A DNA stretch of 64,000 bases from Carcharhinus longimanus (Eukaryota), in NCBI GenBank assembly GCA_030264375.1, contig JASCQW010000072.1, positions 94,893,044 through 94,957,043 of the forward strand, written 5' to 3'. Every line of letters begins with the position of its first letter. Within the stretch, counting starts at the first letter, position 1. A model generated the notes under the pieces. That model saw nothing but the letters and a program-made list of their open reading frames with translations. It was not told where the DNA came from and made no database searches. Positions 25,550 to 36,746 of the stretch are shown here, piece after piece. The translations under genes and the position numbers were made by a program.

Positions 25550-26600
25550 TTGTCGTAGAGGTGGATTGTAGGATTATCAGTAAGGAAAAGAAAACAGCAA
25601 AAGGTGGAAATTCCACAGTGCCAGGCCTGGAGAACTAAAAGCACATCTGTCAAATGGTGGGGCAAAGGATGTGCCAATGCAAGATACAAGAGATGGAAGA
25701 ATGATCTTGTGGGATAGATGGTAATGATGGGCAGTGATTGTAGAGTAACAATAATTGGTGGGTTGATACAGTTATTTTTAAAAATGATAAAATGTCTAAG
25801 TTGAAGCATCAGTGGAGATTGTATGCAGAGCTTGGTGTAAATTAGGATATGGGCAACTGAGGTTCAGACAATATGAACTTTATGCAGACTGGAAGATGGG
25901 AGTTTGGCAATGGGAACATGGGCTGGAATAAACTCTCAATGTGGTGAAAGCATGCATTAGGATGTCGGTAGCATCTCCCTCTCTAAACTTAAAGCCAATC
26001 AAAGCCCTACTGCCCATGTCCTAACTTGTGCCACATCCCACCACCCATCATTCCTGTGCTGGCTGACCTACATTGGCTCCTGGTCTGGCAACATTTCCCT
26101 TATCAAATTCTCATCCTCGTTTGCGAATTTCATTAGGTCCTGGTCTTTTCCCAACTTTGTTTCTCCCATTGACAGCCTTGCCCTAAACTCCAGAATTTCT
26201 CCTGGAACTTTTTCACCTTGTTCTCCTCCTTTAAGGCTGGAGGTCTCCCTTTCGGATGAAGGTTCTGGCCACCTGTCCTACTGTCATGGTATCAAATTCA
26301 GTTGGCTAAACAGTACCCTGAAGTGCACTGGGATATTTTACTAAGTTAGAGGTGCTATATAAAAGCAATCTTGTTGTTGCTTGACTGCGGTCAGGGTGGG
26401 TGACTGATAAGAGATGGAAGTAGGCTATGATGCGAAGTACATAGGGTAGGAATTTCAGCTCAGTGTCAAACATGATGGCAAAATTGCCAGCAGTCAACTT
26501 CAGGCATGGAACAGTGGCCACAGAGAGAAAAATGGATGGAGCGAATGGATGAAGGTGTCTTCAATCTTCCTAATATTTAGAGTAAATCGCAGTTAATTGA
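25550..26600. mobile_element. L2 fragments: plus-strand 3' end (about 25990-26370) between minus-strand pieces
   Basis: CCCATCATTCCTGTGCTGGCTGACCTACATTGGCTCC (PIIPVLADLHWL) and an AGGTGCTATATAAA tail on plus; IMFDTELKFLPY..AYFHL on minus. Confidence 0.7.
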
Positions 26601-28894
26601 AATCCAGGTGTCAGCAATTTCTAGGTCTAATAGTGGGTATAGACCATTATTGCTTAGTCCTATATAGTACTGCTTATTGCCTACATTCTATTTCAAAATA
26701 ATACTATGGAAATCTTTAAGTATAATAATCAAACAAGAGAAAAGGACAGCATTTGCATTTATAAGCAATGAGTTCTTGCACATCTTTTATACGGTGGTCA
26801 TTGTCTAGAAAACATCTCTGTGCAAGTCAGCTCAAATTACTTGGTAATTATATCGCATCTATACAAATACCCTGGACCCTATAATTATCATACTCTGGCT
26901 TGCACCTAGGACATTAATTAGATTTTCAAGTCACAAGCCTAGTCCCGTCAGCTTAATTAAATCTCTCTGAAAGAATGGGTTAAATCATACTGAATGTATC
27001 AATATGATCAATACAACTAAATACTAAACATGCACATATTTCACAAGACAAAATTGTGCTCTGTATTTAACCTTGAGCATAAATAGCAGTCATTAACGGA
27101 ATCCTTCAGCATGCGAGTCTTCATACACACCTGTCTTGGACTTGATAAAAAGCATGTGCTACCTGAGGTAGCAGACTTGAAAATCCAAATCGTCCCAGCA
27201 TCCTGCCTCAGTCTTGGAGCTGCTGTGAAGAAGAAAGCTGTTTCCCAATGTCACACAATCCCAAAGGCAATGCAATCGGTCAGAAGTCAGGACCCACTTT
27301 CTCTGCTGTGAATAGAAGGTGCATCCCTCACAGAATCCCGAAGAAATCCTTCACAGGCTCTGCTCCTGTACTGACAGAGCAGTAGACAGCTGAAGGAGAA
27401 AGCCACTGCCTTACAACAGCAGTTGTGCTTTGTCTGGCTGTTTGCCAGTACCTGCTATGAAATACCGCGAACACTGCAAATCCCTTCCATCAGCTAATGA
27501 AGATGGAGACAGGCTGGTATAAATACATCTTTTTGTTAGCCATGGGAGCATCTCTCTCAAAGGATAGCATTTATTTTTATCTTCTTTAATGCAAAGTATG
27601 CAACACACACACAGTCTGCAACAGATCTACTGTTTGAAGTAATTGAACACTGCTGTGGCTTTTTGAGATTAAGTTAATATTTCACATCAAACTGGTGAAG
27701 CCAGTTTGAACTGTTTGACACATACAAAAGGAAGCAGGCCTAAGGCTTATCTGAATACCACATCTTATATTTCCAAAAGTCTAGCCTTTTAGAAGTTTAG
27801 AGTAATATCGTATCTCTTTCCATTATATCACCATTGTAAGTAGGGACTAAGCCTTGCACACTGTTACTTTCATCACAAAACAGAATGGAAAACAAGTTGT
27901 CACCTTGGCTCGAGTATCGATGATATTTCTGCTAATTAGATGAAATAGGTAATTACGATGCATGACCCAAAGTCTGTAGATTAGTTCATGCTTGAGGTAG
28001 TTGAGTTTGCTTTTGATAAGTAAGTTAACCTATTGCACAACAGACCACAATTCCTATATTTGATGGTGAGAAAAACAATATATTTTCAGGATTTATTTTT
28101 AAAAACATCCTCCCTAAGGCCAGGGCATCGATTGTATCTGACAAAATTTTAAAAACTGCTCCGTGGCCTCTGTCAATACAGCCCTGGGCTTCACCAGCAA
28201 TTGGAGAGAGAGAGGCCCCACAGACAAGTTGCCAAAAATTTTCTTTGCACTCACATTTCAATTTTAGCATTTTAACTCTCCCTATCAAAATTCTCTGGTG
28301 GAATAAATTTTCAGGCTAACTCATTTTATGTCCATTATTCCCAGAGAAGCCAAAAGAGTAAAATTGAAGTATTCCAGCTGTTTACAAGATCTCTAAACAA
28401 ATTCTTGCCAAATTATACTGTTTGAGCATTGGACTAAAAGCTCTCTTTTTGTTTTCTTTGTAGCCAGTACCTGTGTAAGCAGAGCAGTGTGCACAAGCCC
28501 AAGAGAAAGAGGCCATCTATTCCAATTGCAGTGACAGGCCACTGGGATCAGTTATGACAAAACTCTGCCCATTTTATTTTGGCAGATCTCTCCACAGGCC
28601 AGCAGCCAGCTTTCAGTATACAAATGCTTGCAGGCAAGGTTAGAAATTTGGCTGGGGTCAAAACAGCATCCCCACCTCCACAATGTGCAAAATTCCCAAC
28701 TTGCTGGAGATGCATCCTGATCAAGGAAGGCAATGCGAAAAGCCTCAGCCAGAGCCTCTGAAAATTTTGAACAGCTGGATGTCTGATGTATTGTAAAACA
28801 TACACCTTGCAGGCAGGACTTATTCATCAATGATCACAAGTAGAAATCCTGCTCAATTTCTCCTCACTGCAACCAACTATGATGTATCGATTAT

Positions 28895-29077
28895 AAAAAC
28901 AGTAAATGCCAGAATTGCTCAGAAGATCTGGCACCATCTGTGAAGAAGAGAGACAGTTAACATTTCAGGTCAATGACCTTTCATCAGAAAAGGTTGGAAA
29001 ATTAACAATTTCTAAGGACAGAGCCAGTAAAAGAAGTAGGGATGGGATGATGATGCAAAGCAAAAGGAGGTGTCAAT
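28895..29077 (-). mobile_element. Penelope-like terminal repeat (left piece) with hammerhead motif
   Basis: AAACAGTAAATGCCAGAATTGCTCAGAAGATCTGGCACCATCTGTGAAG..; minus strand CTGATGA-A-AGGTC-ATT-GACCT-GAAA. Confidence 0.75.
28952..28987 (-). ncRNA. Minimal hammerhead ribozyme motif (decayed, Penelope-associated)
   Basis: Core CUGAUGA and GAAA boxes flank a perfect 5-bp stem II; stem I is mostly lost and the ACGU palindrome is mutated to AUGU. Confidence 0.55.
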
Positions 29078-29424
29078 TATGATGACACTGTGCCTTTAAG
29101 AAATGTATTTTAATCAAGTTCCTTTGCAGGATGTTTCCAGCAGGACCTGGAAGTTGTCAGCACCATTTTGTCTGCAGTCGATATCTTTTAATTGTCACTG
29201 GAGCAATATAATGGGCATCATGTGTATTTTTAATCTGGACTAATGCAGTGTCCTGGGGATTTATGATCCTTTGGGGATTGCTGAGTGGAACATGATTTGT
29301 GGATGATTGACAGGCAAGGAGATTTGTGGACAGTTTTTCCACAGAAAGGTCCAAGTTTCAAAATTTCGGTTTGGTTGCTATTAGGGACTAGTGGAAGCAG
29401 GCCGTGTCTCTCTCTCTCTGGCCC
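29078..29424 (+). mobile_element. LTR 5' portion (runs into gap)
   Basis: Colinear with 32506-32820 (ACTGTG.CTTTAAGAAAT..GTTCCTTTGCAGGATGTTTC..AAGTTGTC.GCACCA). Confidence 0.7.
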
Positions 29425-29534
29425 NNNNNNNNNNNNNNNNNNNNNNNNNNNNNNNNNNNNNNNNNNNNNNNNNNNNNNNNNNNNNNNNNNNNNNNNNNNN
29501 NNNNNNNNNNNNNNNNNNNNNNNNGAGCACCCAG

Positions 29535-29975
29535 AAGAAATTTGTGGGACATGGGCATCGCTGGTTGACCAGCATTCACTGCCCATCCCTAGTTGCCCTT
29601 GAGAAGGTTGTGGTGAGCTGTCTTCTTGAATCGCTGCAGTCCACGTGCTGTGCGTTGACCCACAATGTCGTTAGGGAGGGAATTCCAGAATTTTCACCCA
29701 GCCACTGCAAAGGAACAGTGATATTTTTCAAAATTAGGATGATGAGTGGCTTGGAGAGGAACTTGCAGGTAGTGGTGTTCCCATATATCTGCTGCCTTTG
29801 TCCTAAATGGAAGTGATCGTGGGTTTGGAAGATGCTGTCTAAGAATCTTTGGTGAATTGCTGCAATGCATCTTGTAGATAGTACACACTGCTGCGACTGA
29901 GCATTGGTGGTGGAGGGAGTGGATGTTTCTAGATGTGGTGTCTATCGAGCGGGGCTGCTTTGTCCTGGATGGTGT
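29535..29975 (-). mobile_element. CR1-clade LINE family 2, 3' end
   Basis: TIYKMHCSNSPKILRQHLPNPRSLPFRTKAADIWEHH; same family as 57045-57590. Confidence 0.75.
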
Positions 29976-29979
29976 ACAG

Positions 29980-30094
29980 CGGAAGTGAATGGGAAGGGGG
30001 TTTGATCACTGGGATTGTGGACAATGGGAATGAATGGGAAGGAGTTTGATCCATTGGGATTATGGACAATGGGAGTGATTGAGAAGGAGTTTGA
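29980..30094 (+). repeat. 45-bp minisatellite, about 2.5 units
   Basis: Unit GGGAATGAATGGGAAGGAGTTTGATCCATTGGGATTATGGACAAT repeated imperfectly. Confidence 0.8.
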
Positions 30095-30717
30095 AACATT
30101 TTATACTAAGTCACTATCCCAGCTGTCCTTGGGTTTTAATTTTGCCTGTCCCATGATCATGTTAACCTGTGGTTTGAAACTGGAGAAAATATTGCCTTTA
30201 CTCTGCAGCCATTTACTTTACTCATCGTTTTCCTGTTGTCGGATTATTTCTTGATTTATGGGATTAAAGTGGGAAGTGGAGAATAAAACGTGAAGGGAAA
30301 TTAAACTGATGGTTTGTGTGCTTTTATGAAATAGCTTTATAAATCTATCCAAAGCATATTAACTCTAAACCCTCTCAGCCACCAATCCTGGCTGGTGATG
30401 TTAGCATGACCACGCAAAGGCAGTTCCCCAGTTAACTTGGTAAATAAGTGGCAACCTTCTGTCCTTTAAGGTGATGGTTTGTGCCTTGATATTGAGCTCT
30501 GTGTTAAACATTGTCAAGTGCAGTTCAAGAGTCCTGTCTCTGGCAAAGGCAGTCTCTGAGGCTTCAGCTGCAGAGGACAGTGGGGTCAGAAGGTTCTGCC
30601 GGAATTAGCAGGCTTCCAGGCCCTGAGATGGTGATCTTGTCTTGCTGAGAGATGCCAAACATACTTCTGAGATGGTGAAGGTGGAAACTGCTCACCCTTT
30701 CCTCCTGCCTAGCATGG

Positions 30718-31230
30718 GGTCATAGAGGTTTACGGCATCGAAACAGGCCCTTCATCCCAACTTGTCCAAGCTGTCCATGTTTTTAACCACAAAGCTAGTC
30801 CCAGTTGCCTGCATTTTGCCCATATCCCCCTACACCCATCTGAATGCTTTTTAAAAGACAAAATTGTACCCACCTCTACTACTGCCTCTGGTAGCTTGTT
30901 CCAGACACTCACCACCCTCTGTGTGGAAAAATTGCCCCTCTGGACATTTTTGTATCTCTCACCTTAAACCTGTGCTCTCTAGTTTTTGACTCCCTTACCT
31001 TTGAGAAAAGATATTGACCATCTAGCTGATCTGTGCTCTTCCTTATTTTATAGATCTTTATAAGATCGCCCCTCAGCTTTCTACGCTCCAGAGAAAAAAG
31101 TCCCAGTCTACCCAACCGCTCCTTATAACTCAAACCATCAAGTCCCAGTACATCCTAGTAAATCTCTTCCGTAGTCTTTCTAGTTTAATAATATCCTTCC
31201 TATAATCGGGTGACCAGACTTGTACACAGT
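30718..31230 (-). mobile_element. CR1 LINE 3' end
   Basis: SYKERLGRLGLFSLERRKLRGDLIKIYKI..VWNKLPEAVVEVGTILSFKKH. Confidence 0.9.
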
Positions 31231-31254
31231 CTGTGCAACAACTGGAAGTGCTGA

Positions 31255-31752
31255 GTGGATGGTTTATCTCAGCCTTTTTCTGAGGTCTCCAGCATCATAG
31301 ATGTTGTGCTTCAACCAATTAATTTGACTGCACATAATATCAAGAATACTGCAAAGGCAATGATCCCTTACAGTATTCTGGCAATGGTACTGAAGACTTG
31401 TGTGCAAGAAATATCTGTGTTCCCAGTCAAGCTGTTCCAGTACAGTTACACCTCTGGCATCTAGCTGGTAATATAGAAATCTATGTTCTGTACACTGGAA
31501 ACAGGACAAATCCAACCTGACCAATTACCGCCCTGTCAGTCTACTCTCGATCATCAGTAAAGCGATGGAAGGGGTCATCAACAGTTCTATCAAGCAACAC
31601 TTACTCAGCAATAGTTCACTGACGCGCAGTGTGGTTTCTGCCAGGGCCACTCAGTTCCTGGCCTCACTACAGCCTTGGTTCAAACATAGACAAAAGAGCT
31701 GAATTCCAGAGGTGAGGTGAGAGTGTCAGCCCTTGACATCAAGGTTGCATTC
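31255..31752 (+). mobile_element. CR1-clade family 2 RT N-terminal fragment
   Basis: DKSNLTNYRPVSLLSIISKAMEGVINSSIKQHLLSN..GFCQGHS..ELNSRGEVRVSALDIKVAF. Confidence 0.8.
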
Positions 31753-32505
31753 ACACACTCCTACGAGATGAAGTCCAAAAGCCACACCCATGCTGATGCA
31801 TTGTCACAATTGCCTTTGACTATTGGTCGCTTAGTAGTTTCTCCAATATCTTTTATTTTTCACAGATTGAATATGTCCCAGTGACTGCAGCTCAAGTCCT
31901 ACAACAGACCAGATCCCATGATGGTGAAGGTACTAGAAATTGTGTTAAAAGGGAGGAGAACAGGAATGCATCCCAAATTAAAGCCATATCTTTCCAGAAT
32001 ACTCAAGTTGATAGGACGATGTGGGAGTTTATTGTGGAGGATGAGGGTAATAATTTCTCCAAACTTATGGCAATGAGTATTGGAACAATTACATGAAGGG
32101 CACCCAGGTATTGTTCAGATGAAAGAACCTCCGAGGAGCTCTTTGTGGTAAAAGCAGGACTCTGCAGTCATGTGTGTGGATAAGGAATGCACCACCTCTT
32201 GGCCCCATTATATCCATAGGAATGGCCTAGAATGCCTTGGTAACATCTGCACATTGACGTTTCCAGTCCATGTGAGGAGCGCATGTTCATGGTTGTCATA
32301 CATACACATTCCAAATGGCCAGAACCTGTGCTAATGAAGTCAACAACACTGGAACAAACCATCAAAAAGCTTGATGGTATTTTCACCAGATTTGGGAAAC
32401 CGGAACAAATTGTGAATGATAATAGACCACAGTTCATGGCTCAGGGGTTTGAAGATTATCTGAAAGTGAGTAGTATACAATACAGAAAATCAGCACCATT
32501 TCACC
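31753..32505 (+). mobile_element. Ty3/Gypsy pol relic (RNase H end and integrase), pseudogenised
   Basis: HADALSQLPL, LEQLHEGHPGIVQMK (HHCC region), EWPRMPW*HLHID, VVIHTHSKWPE, IFTRFGKPEQIVNDNRPQF, SAPFH; stops and frameshifts. Confidence 0.9.
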
Positions 32506-33649
32506 TGTGACAGTACTGTGTCTTTAAGAAATATATATTAATCATGTTCCTTTGCAGGATGTTTCTAACAGACCCTGAAAGTTGTCGGCACCAAGATATC
32601 TATACCTGGTATGCTCTAATTGTTACTGATGCAATATAATTGTTATCATGTTGATTTTACTCTGGCCTAATGCAGTTGTTGTTGTGTATTCTGTGTTTTA
32701 ATGATCCTTTTGGAATTGCTGGATGGAGCTTGATTGACAGGTCAGATGATGCCTGGGGACAGTGTTTTTTCCACGGAAAAGTCCACGTTTTTAGTTTTGC
32801 TTCTTAGTGGTAACCTGAGTGGAGAGCAGTGACAGCACAATCCCCTCTCTTTGGAATCCTGCAGTCTATGGGAGCTTCAGAGATTTAATCCAATGTTCAA
32901 AGGACCAATTCACAGCAGGTGCTAGAATCCATGGAATCATAGAATCTTACAGTGCAGAGGGAGGCCATTCGGCCCATCAAATCTGCATCGACAACAAATC
33001 CACCTATCCCCATAACCCCACATATTTCCCTGGTTACTCCCTCTAACCTACACATCCCGGGACACTAAGCGGCAATTTAGCATGGCCAATGCACCTAACC
33101 CGCACATCTTTGGACTGTGGGAAAAAACCGGAGCACCTGGAGGAAACACACACTAACACAGAGAGATGTTGTCAGATGAAAGCAAACTCCACACAGACAG
33201 TGACCCAAGCCAGGAATCAAACACGGGTCCCTGGTGTTGTGAGGCATCAATACTAACCGGTGTGCCACCGTGCCGCCCCACCAAATCCCACCATGCCGTT
33301 AAAAAGCTGAAAGCTCAGCATCACTTGAGCTTACTTGCTTCTTATATCAAGTCTAGAAAGGGGCATATGTATGTGGAATGTTGTTTGAATTGGAACAACA
33401 TAGAGAGCTAGCTGTTAATGTTTAACTGTATCATGTTTGAAACTTGTAATTGGTAAAAGTCATGCTAAATTATTATATCTTAACTGTGTTCTTAAATAAA
33501 CTTTGGTTGATAAAAGCTTCAAAGTGGGTCACTTGAATCATACCTGGAGTGAAGCACTTAATGCCCACCTGTGCCAAATTCAAATGTTAAAAACGTGGGG
33601 TCAAGGGTATCTTCATAAAGCACTTTGGAGTTTCTGGTCTGTCATAACT
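32506..33649 (+). mobile_element. LTR (TGTGA...TCATAAC), interrupted by a SINE
   Basis: TG start, AATAAA near 33495, CATAAC end; 5' part homologous to 29078-29424. Confidence 0.7.
32924..33279 (-). mobile_element. HE1-like V-SINE inserted in LTR
   Basis: Complete head (GGGGCGGCACGGTGGCAC), V-domain and (CATAGAAT) tail. Confidence 0.9.
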
Positions 33650-33790
33650 TAATGGAACAAGTAAAGGAACAAAAGCAGCCATGGGACTATTATCAGCATA
33701 GTATTGTGCAAAAATTGGGAGCTGTGGTTACAATCTGAAGTTGTTGGCATCAATGTTAAGTCAGGACAATTGCAAAATGTCACAGCGGCT
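33650..33790 (-). mobile_element. Penelope-like element, right piece (ORF C-terminus)
   Basis: Minus strand reads LNIDANNFR, like the Penelope GIY-YIG C-terminal GLNIEFNNFR; appears to continue 28895-29077. Confidence 0.55.
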
Positions 33791-33984
33791 GCTGAGCACA
33801 AACAATATTGAATGTGAGACTTGCTGGTCAGTGTGGCTATGTTTCAGACTAGCTAATACATTTGAGTTAAGAGAGAACTCAGTGCGATCTGACTTTAAAC
33901 AATTAGGAAACAAAGTTACCACAGTTTATTCAGTAAAGTATATTCAGTTAATATCTTATCCAGTCACAACACTTTTCTATTCTG

Positions 33985-34123
33985 ATAAAGCTCTGACGAA
34001 AGATCATCTAGACGTGAAACATTGGCTCTATTCTCTCCCACAAATGCTGACAGACCTGCTGTGGTTTTCCAGCATTTTGTGTTTTTGTTTCAGATTCCAG
34101 CATCCGCAGTATTTTGCTTTTAT
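33985..34123 (+). mobile_element. Penelope-like terminal repeat with hammerhead motif
   Basis: AGCT-CTGACGA-AAGATCATCTAGACGT-GAAA-CATT-GGCT followed by CAGCATTTTGTGTTTTTGTTTCAGATTCCAGCATCCGCAGTATTTTGCTTTT. Confidence 0.8.
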
Positions 34124-35117
34124 CTCAAGTGTTTTCTATTCTTGCTATTTTTGGGAGCTTTTGAAAAAATACTGTAATATCACTACTGAATAAAATATTT
34201 TTAAATTAAATATTGCTCAGTATTCCCATAATGGAAATTAACAGTTGGCAGCGATTTTAACTGCCAGCTATAATGGTAGTTAATTTAATCGTCCAAATTC
34301 AACAAGTGCTTGCAATTCCAGTCAGGCCACGAGATGGAGCTTTACAATGCAACCAGAGTGAAATTTTCAATTTATGCCCAAATCAGACACAAATTGAATG
34401 AACTGACCATGATACAAGCTCACTGATGTCAACGTGAGGGACTTTCAGGTTTATGTTTCACTAGATAAGCAAACTGTCAGTGTGAATTCTTGCTGCTAAT
34501 TGGACAGGGAATAGCTGGGGGGGGGGGGGGGAAGAGAGGTGGTGGGGGGGCGACAGTGCGGGTTGGTTGGCAGTGAGGTGATTCTTGAAGTGATTCACCC
34601 AGCCTCATGATGTGTGCCTGTTAGAAGGGGCAGTGCTGTGCTGTCTGCACTGTGAAGCAGAGCTGATTAACAGGCAAACAAAATATTGACTGGAAGAGCA
34701 TCCCAATTGTTGATAATGCCCTAAAACTTTCCATGAAGGGTGTTTACAAATGGAAGAATATGCTGCTCCCATTGGGTAATAAAGGGTGCCAGGAAGGGAT
34801 GCTCCAAATAGGCAGAGCGTGTGAATGCCTGAACATTAACCTTTACGACCTAGAAACTGTACAGAAAGAAATTGAGTGACTTGGCTGCCAAACCTGTGCT
34901 CCCATCACTGTAAATACAGCATTGCTTCACATCATGGCAACACTGCAAATGAAAGTCCTAACCCTCACGTCTCACATTCCTCCTATTCAATCATTGCAAC
35001 ACTCAGTCTTCCTGCTGACGATTTCAAACTCTGGCAGTGTATCATTCTCACTATTATTAACAGCCTTCTTTGGACACATCTACTGGTAGTTCCTAACACA
35101 GGACAAACTATTGTAGC

Positions 35118-35392
35118 CAATGTGGATAAATGCCAGGTTATCTATTTTGGTAGCAAAAACGGATAGCCAGATTATTATCTGAATGGCTATACATTGAGAA
35201 AGAGGAATGTGAAATGAGACCTGGGTGCCCTCGTACATCAGGCACAGAGATTAGCATGCAGGTGCAGCAGGCGGTAAAGGTGGCAAATGGTATGTTGGCC
35301 TTCATAGTGACAGGATTTGAGATCAAGATCAGGATCAGGGATCTCATGCTGCAATTATACAAGGCCTTGGTGAGGCCACACTAGAAATGTTG
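35118..35392 (+). mobile_element. CR1 ORF2 fragment
   Basis: NVDKCQVIYFGSKNG..VQQAVKVANGMLAFI..LYKALVRPHLE. Confidence 0.85.
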
Positions 35393-35449
35393 CATCTACT
35401 CAGTGCAGCTGAAAGCCTGAGCATGGAATAAAACCCATGGGGAGTTCTT

Positions 35450-35775
35450 TTTTCTATATATTTGTGTAACATGGGCATCACTGGCTGGTCAGTATTGATT
35501 GCCCACCCATAGTTGCCCAAGGGCAGTTGAAAGTCAACCACATTGCTCTGTAGGCCAGACCGGGTAAGGATGGCAGATTTCTTTCCCTAAAGGATATTAG
35601 TGAACCAGATAGGTTTTTCAACAAACAACAATGGTTTCATGGTCATTATTAGATTCTTAATTCCAGATATTTTATCATTGAATTACAACTTCACCACCTG
35701 TATGGTGGGATATGAACATGGGCCCACAGAACATTAGCTGAGTTTCTGGATTAATAGTCTAGCGATAACATAATT
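35450..35775 (-). mobile_element. SINE family 2, near full length
   Basis: Tail, central GGCAGATTTCTTTCCCTAAAGG and tRNA-like head (GGTGGGATATGAAC..TCTGGATTAATAGTCTAG). Confidence 0.75.
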
Positions 35776-36746
35776 CCTCTGTTTAGCTAGCAGTGTAATT
35801 GAAGCTGCATCTGCACCATGAAGCTGGAAGTTGGGCAAAGAAAAGCCTGTGGGCAGTGTTGGTCTGCTCAGTGCAGCCATAGCTAGGATTGTGCCAGTCA
35901 CTCGATGTTGGAATGCAGGCTTTGTAATTATGTGGAGCATAGCCTCAAAAGAGACTGAGCAGTCATTGAGGAAGTTGGTAATGGAGCATTTGTTGATGGC
36001 AACCAGAGGCTAAATCCTCGAAAGAGAGGAGTTGAAATCACCGCAAGGAAGATTTTTTTTTGTGTGACTCAGTGATCACTGATGTATGGAGGGTTGCTGA
36101 CAAAATTTGTGGGTTCTGTCTTGGTGTGTGTCTCATTTAGTGACTTGTTTGAGGTCTTGTTCATCCACAGTTTGCCTTTTAATTGATGTTTACTTCATGT
36201 TTGTTCTGGATGCTAAGTATTAGATAGATAATATTGACATAGCTTTGTTGAGTTAACAAAAGTGCGTCTTAAAGGGAGAAACCTTGTGGTTTAATTCTCT
36301 AAGTAATTGGACTTTCAAATTTAATCTACTTTAGCAAAAAGAAATGCTGGTCCCTAACCCAATCAAAACAACGGGTAGCAAATTACTTAAGACAAGCATT
36401 AGGAGGTGCAGAAGGGTGATCTGTCATTACTGAAATATTTTCTTTCCCCCTAAATTTTTGTTGTACGGATTTTATCTGGCGAACACTTTCAGCTAACTCA
36501 GCAATCACTGGAAACATCATCAGGCCAGCAGTCAACACATTTTTAATAGGGGAAGTTAGTAGGATAAGTTAGATATTCAACTGGGTTTCCTTAACAAAAT
36601 TTATGCCATTACTAATGTAAACTTAATCTGAAAAGCAAATTGTGACAATTGTAAAAAGGGAAGTTATGGCCCTCAATTCTAAGTCCAGGGATAGCTAAAG
36701 ATGGATCAAGCAAAATCTACATGCATCTTGTAGTACTAAACCTAAT

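Noticed and set aside
27164-27212. let-7-like sequence TGAGGTAGCAGACTTGAAAATC as a miRNA gene
   Set aside because: Only a 9-bp base stem (CTGAGGTAG/CTGCCTCAG); no extended 3p arm, so it is not a credible pre-miRNA
35960-36370. Possible LTR 3' end
   Set aside because: Compositional impression only; no defined 5' end, partner or TSD
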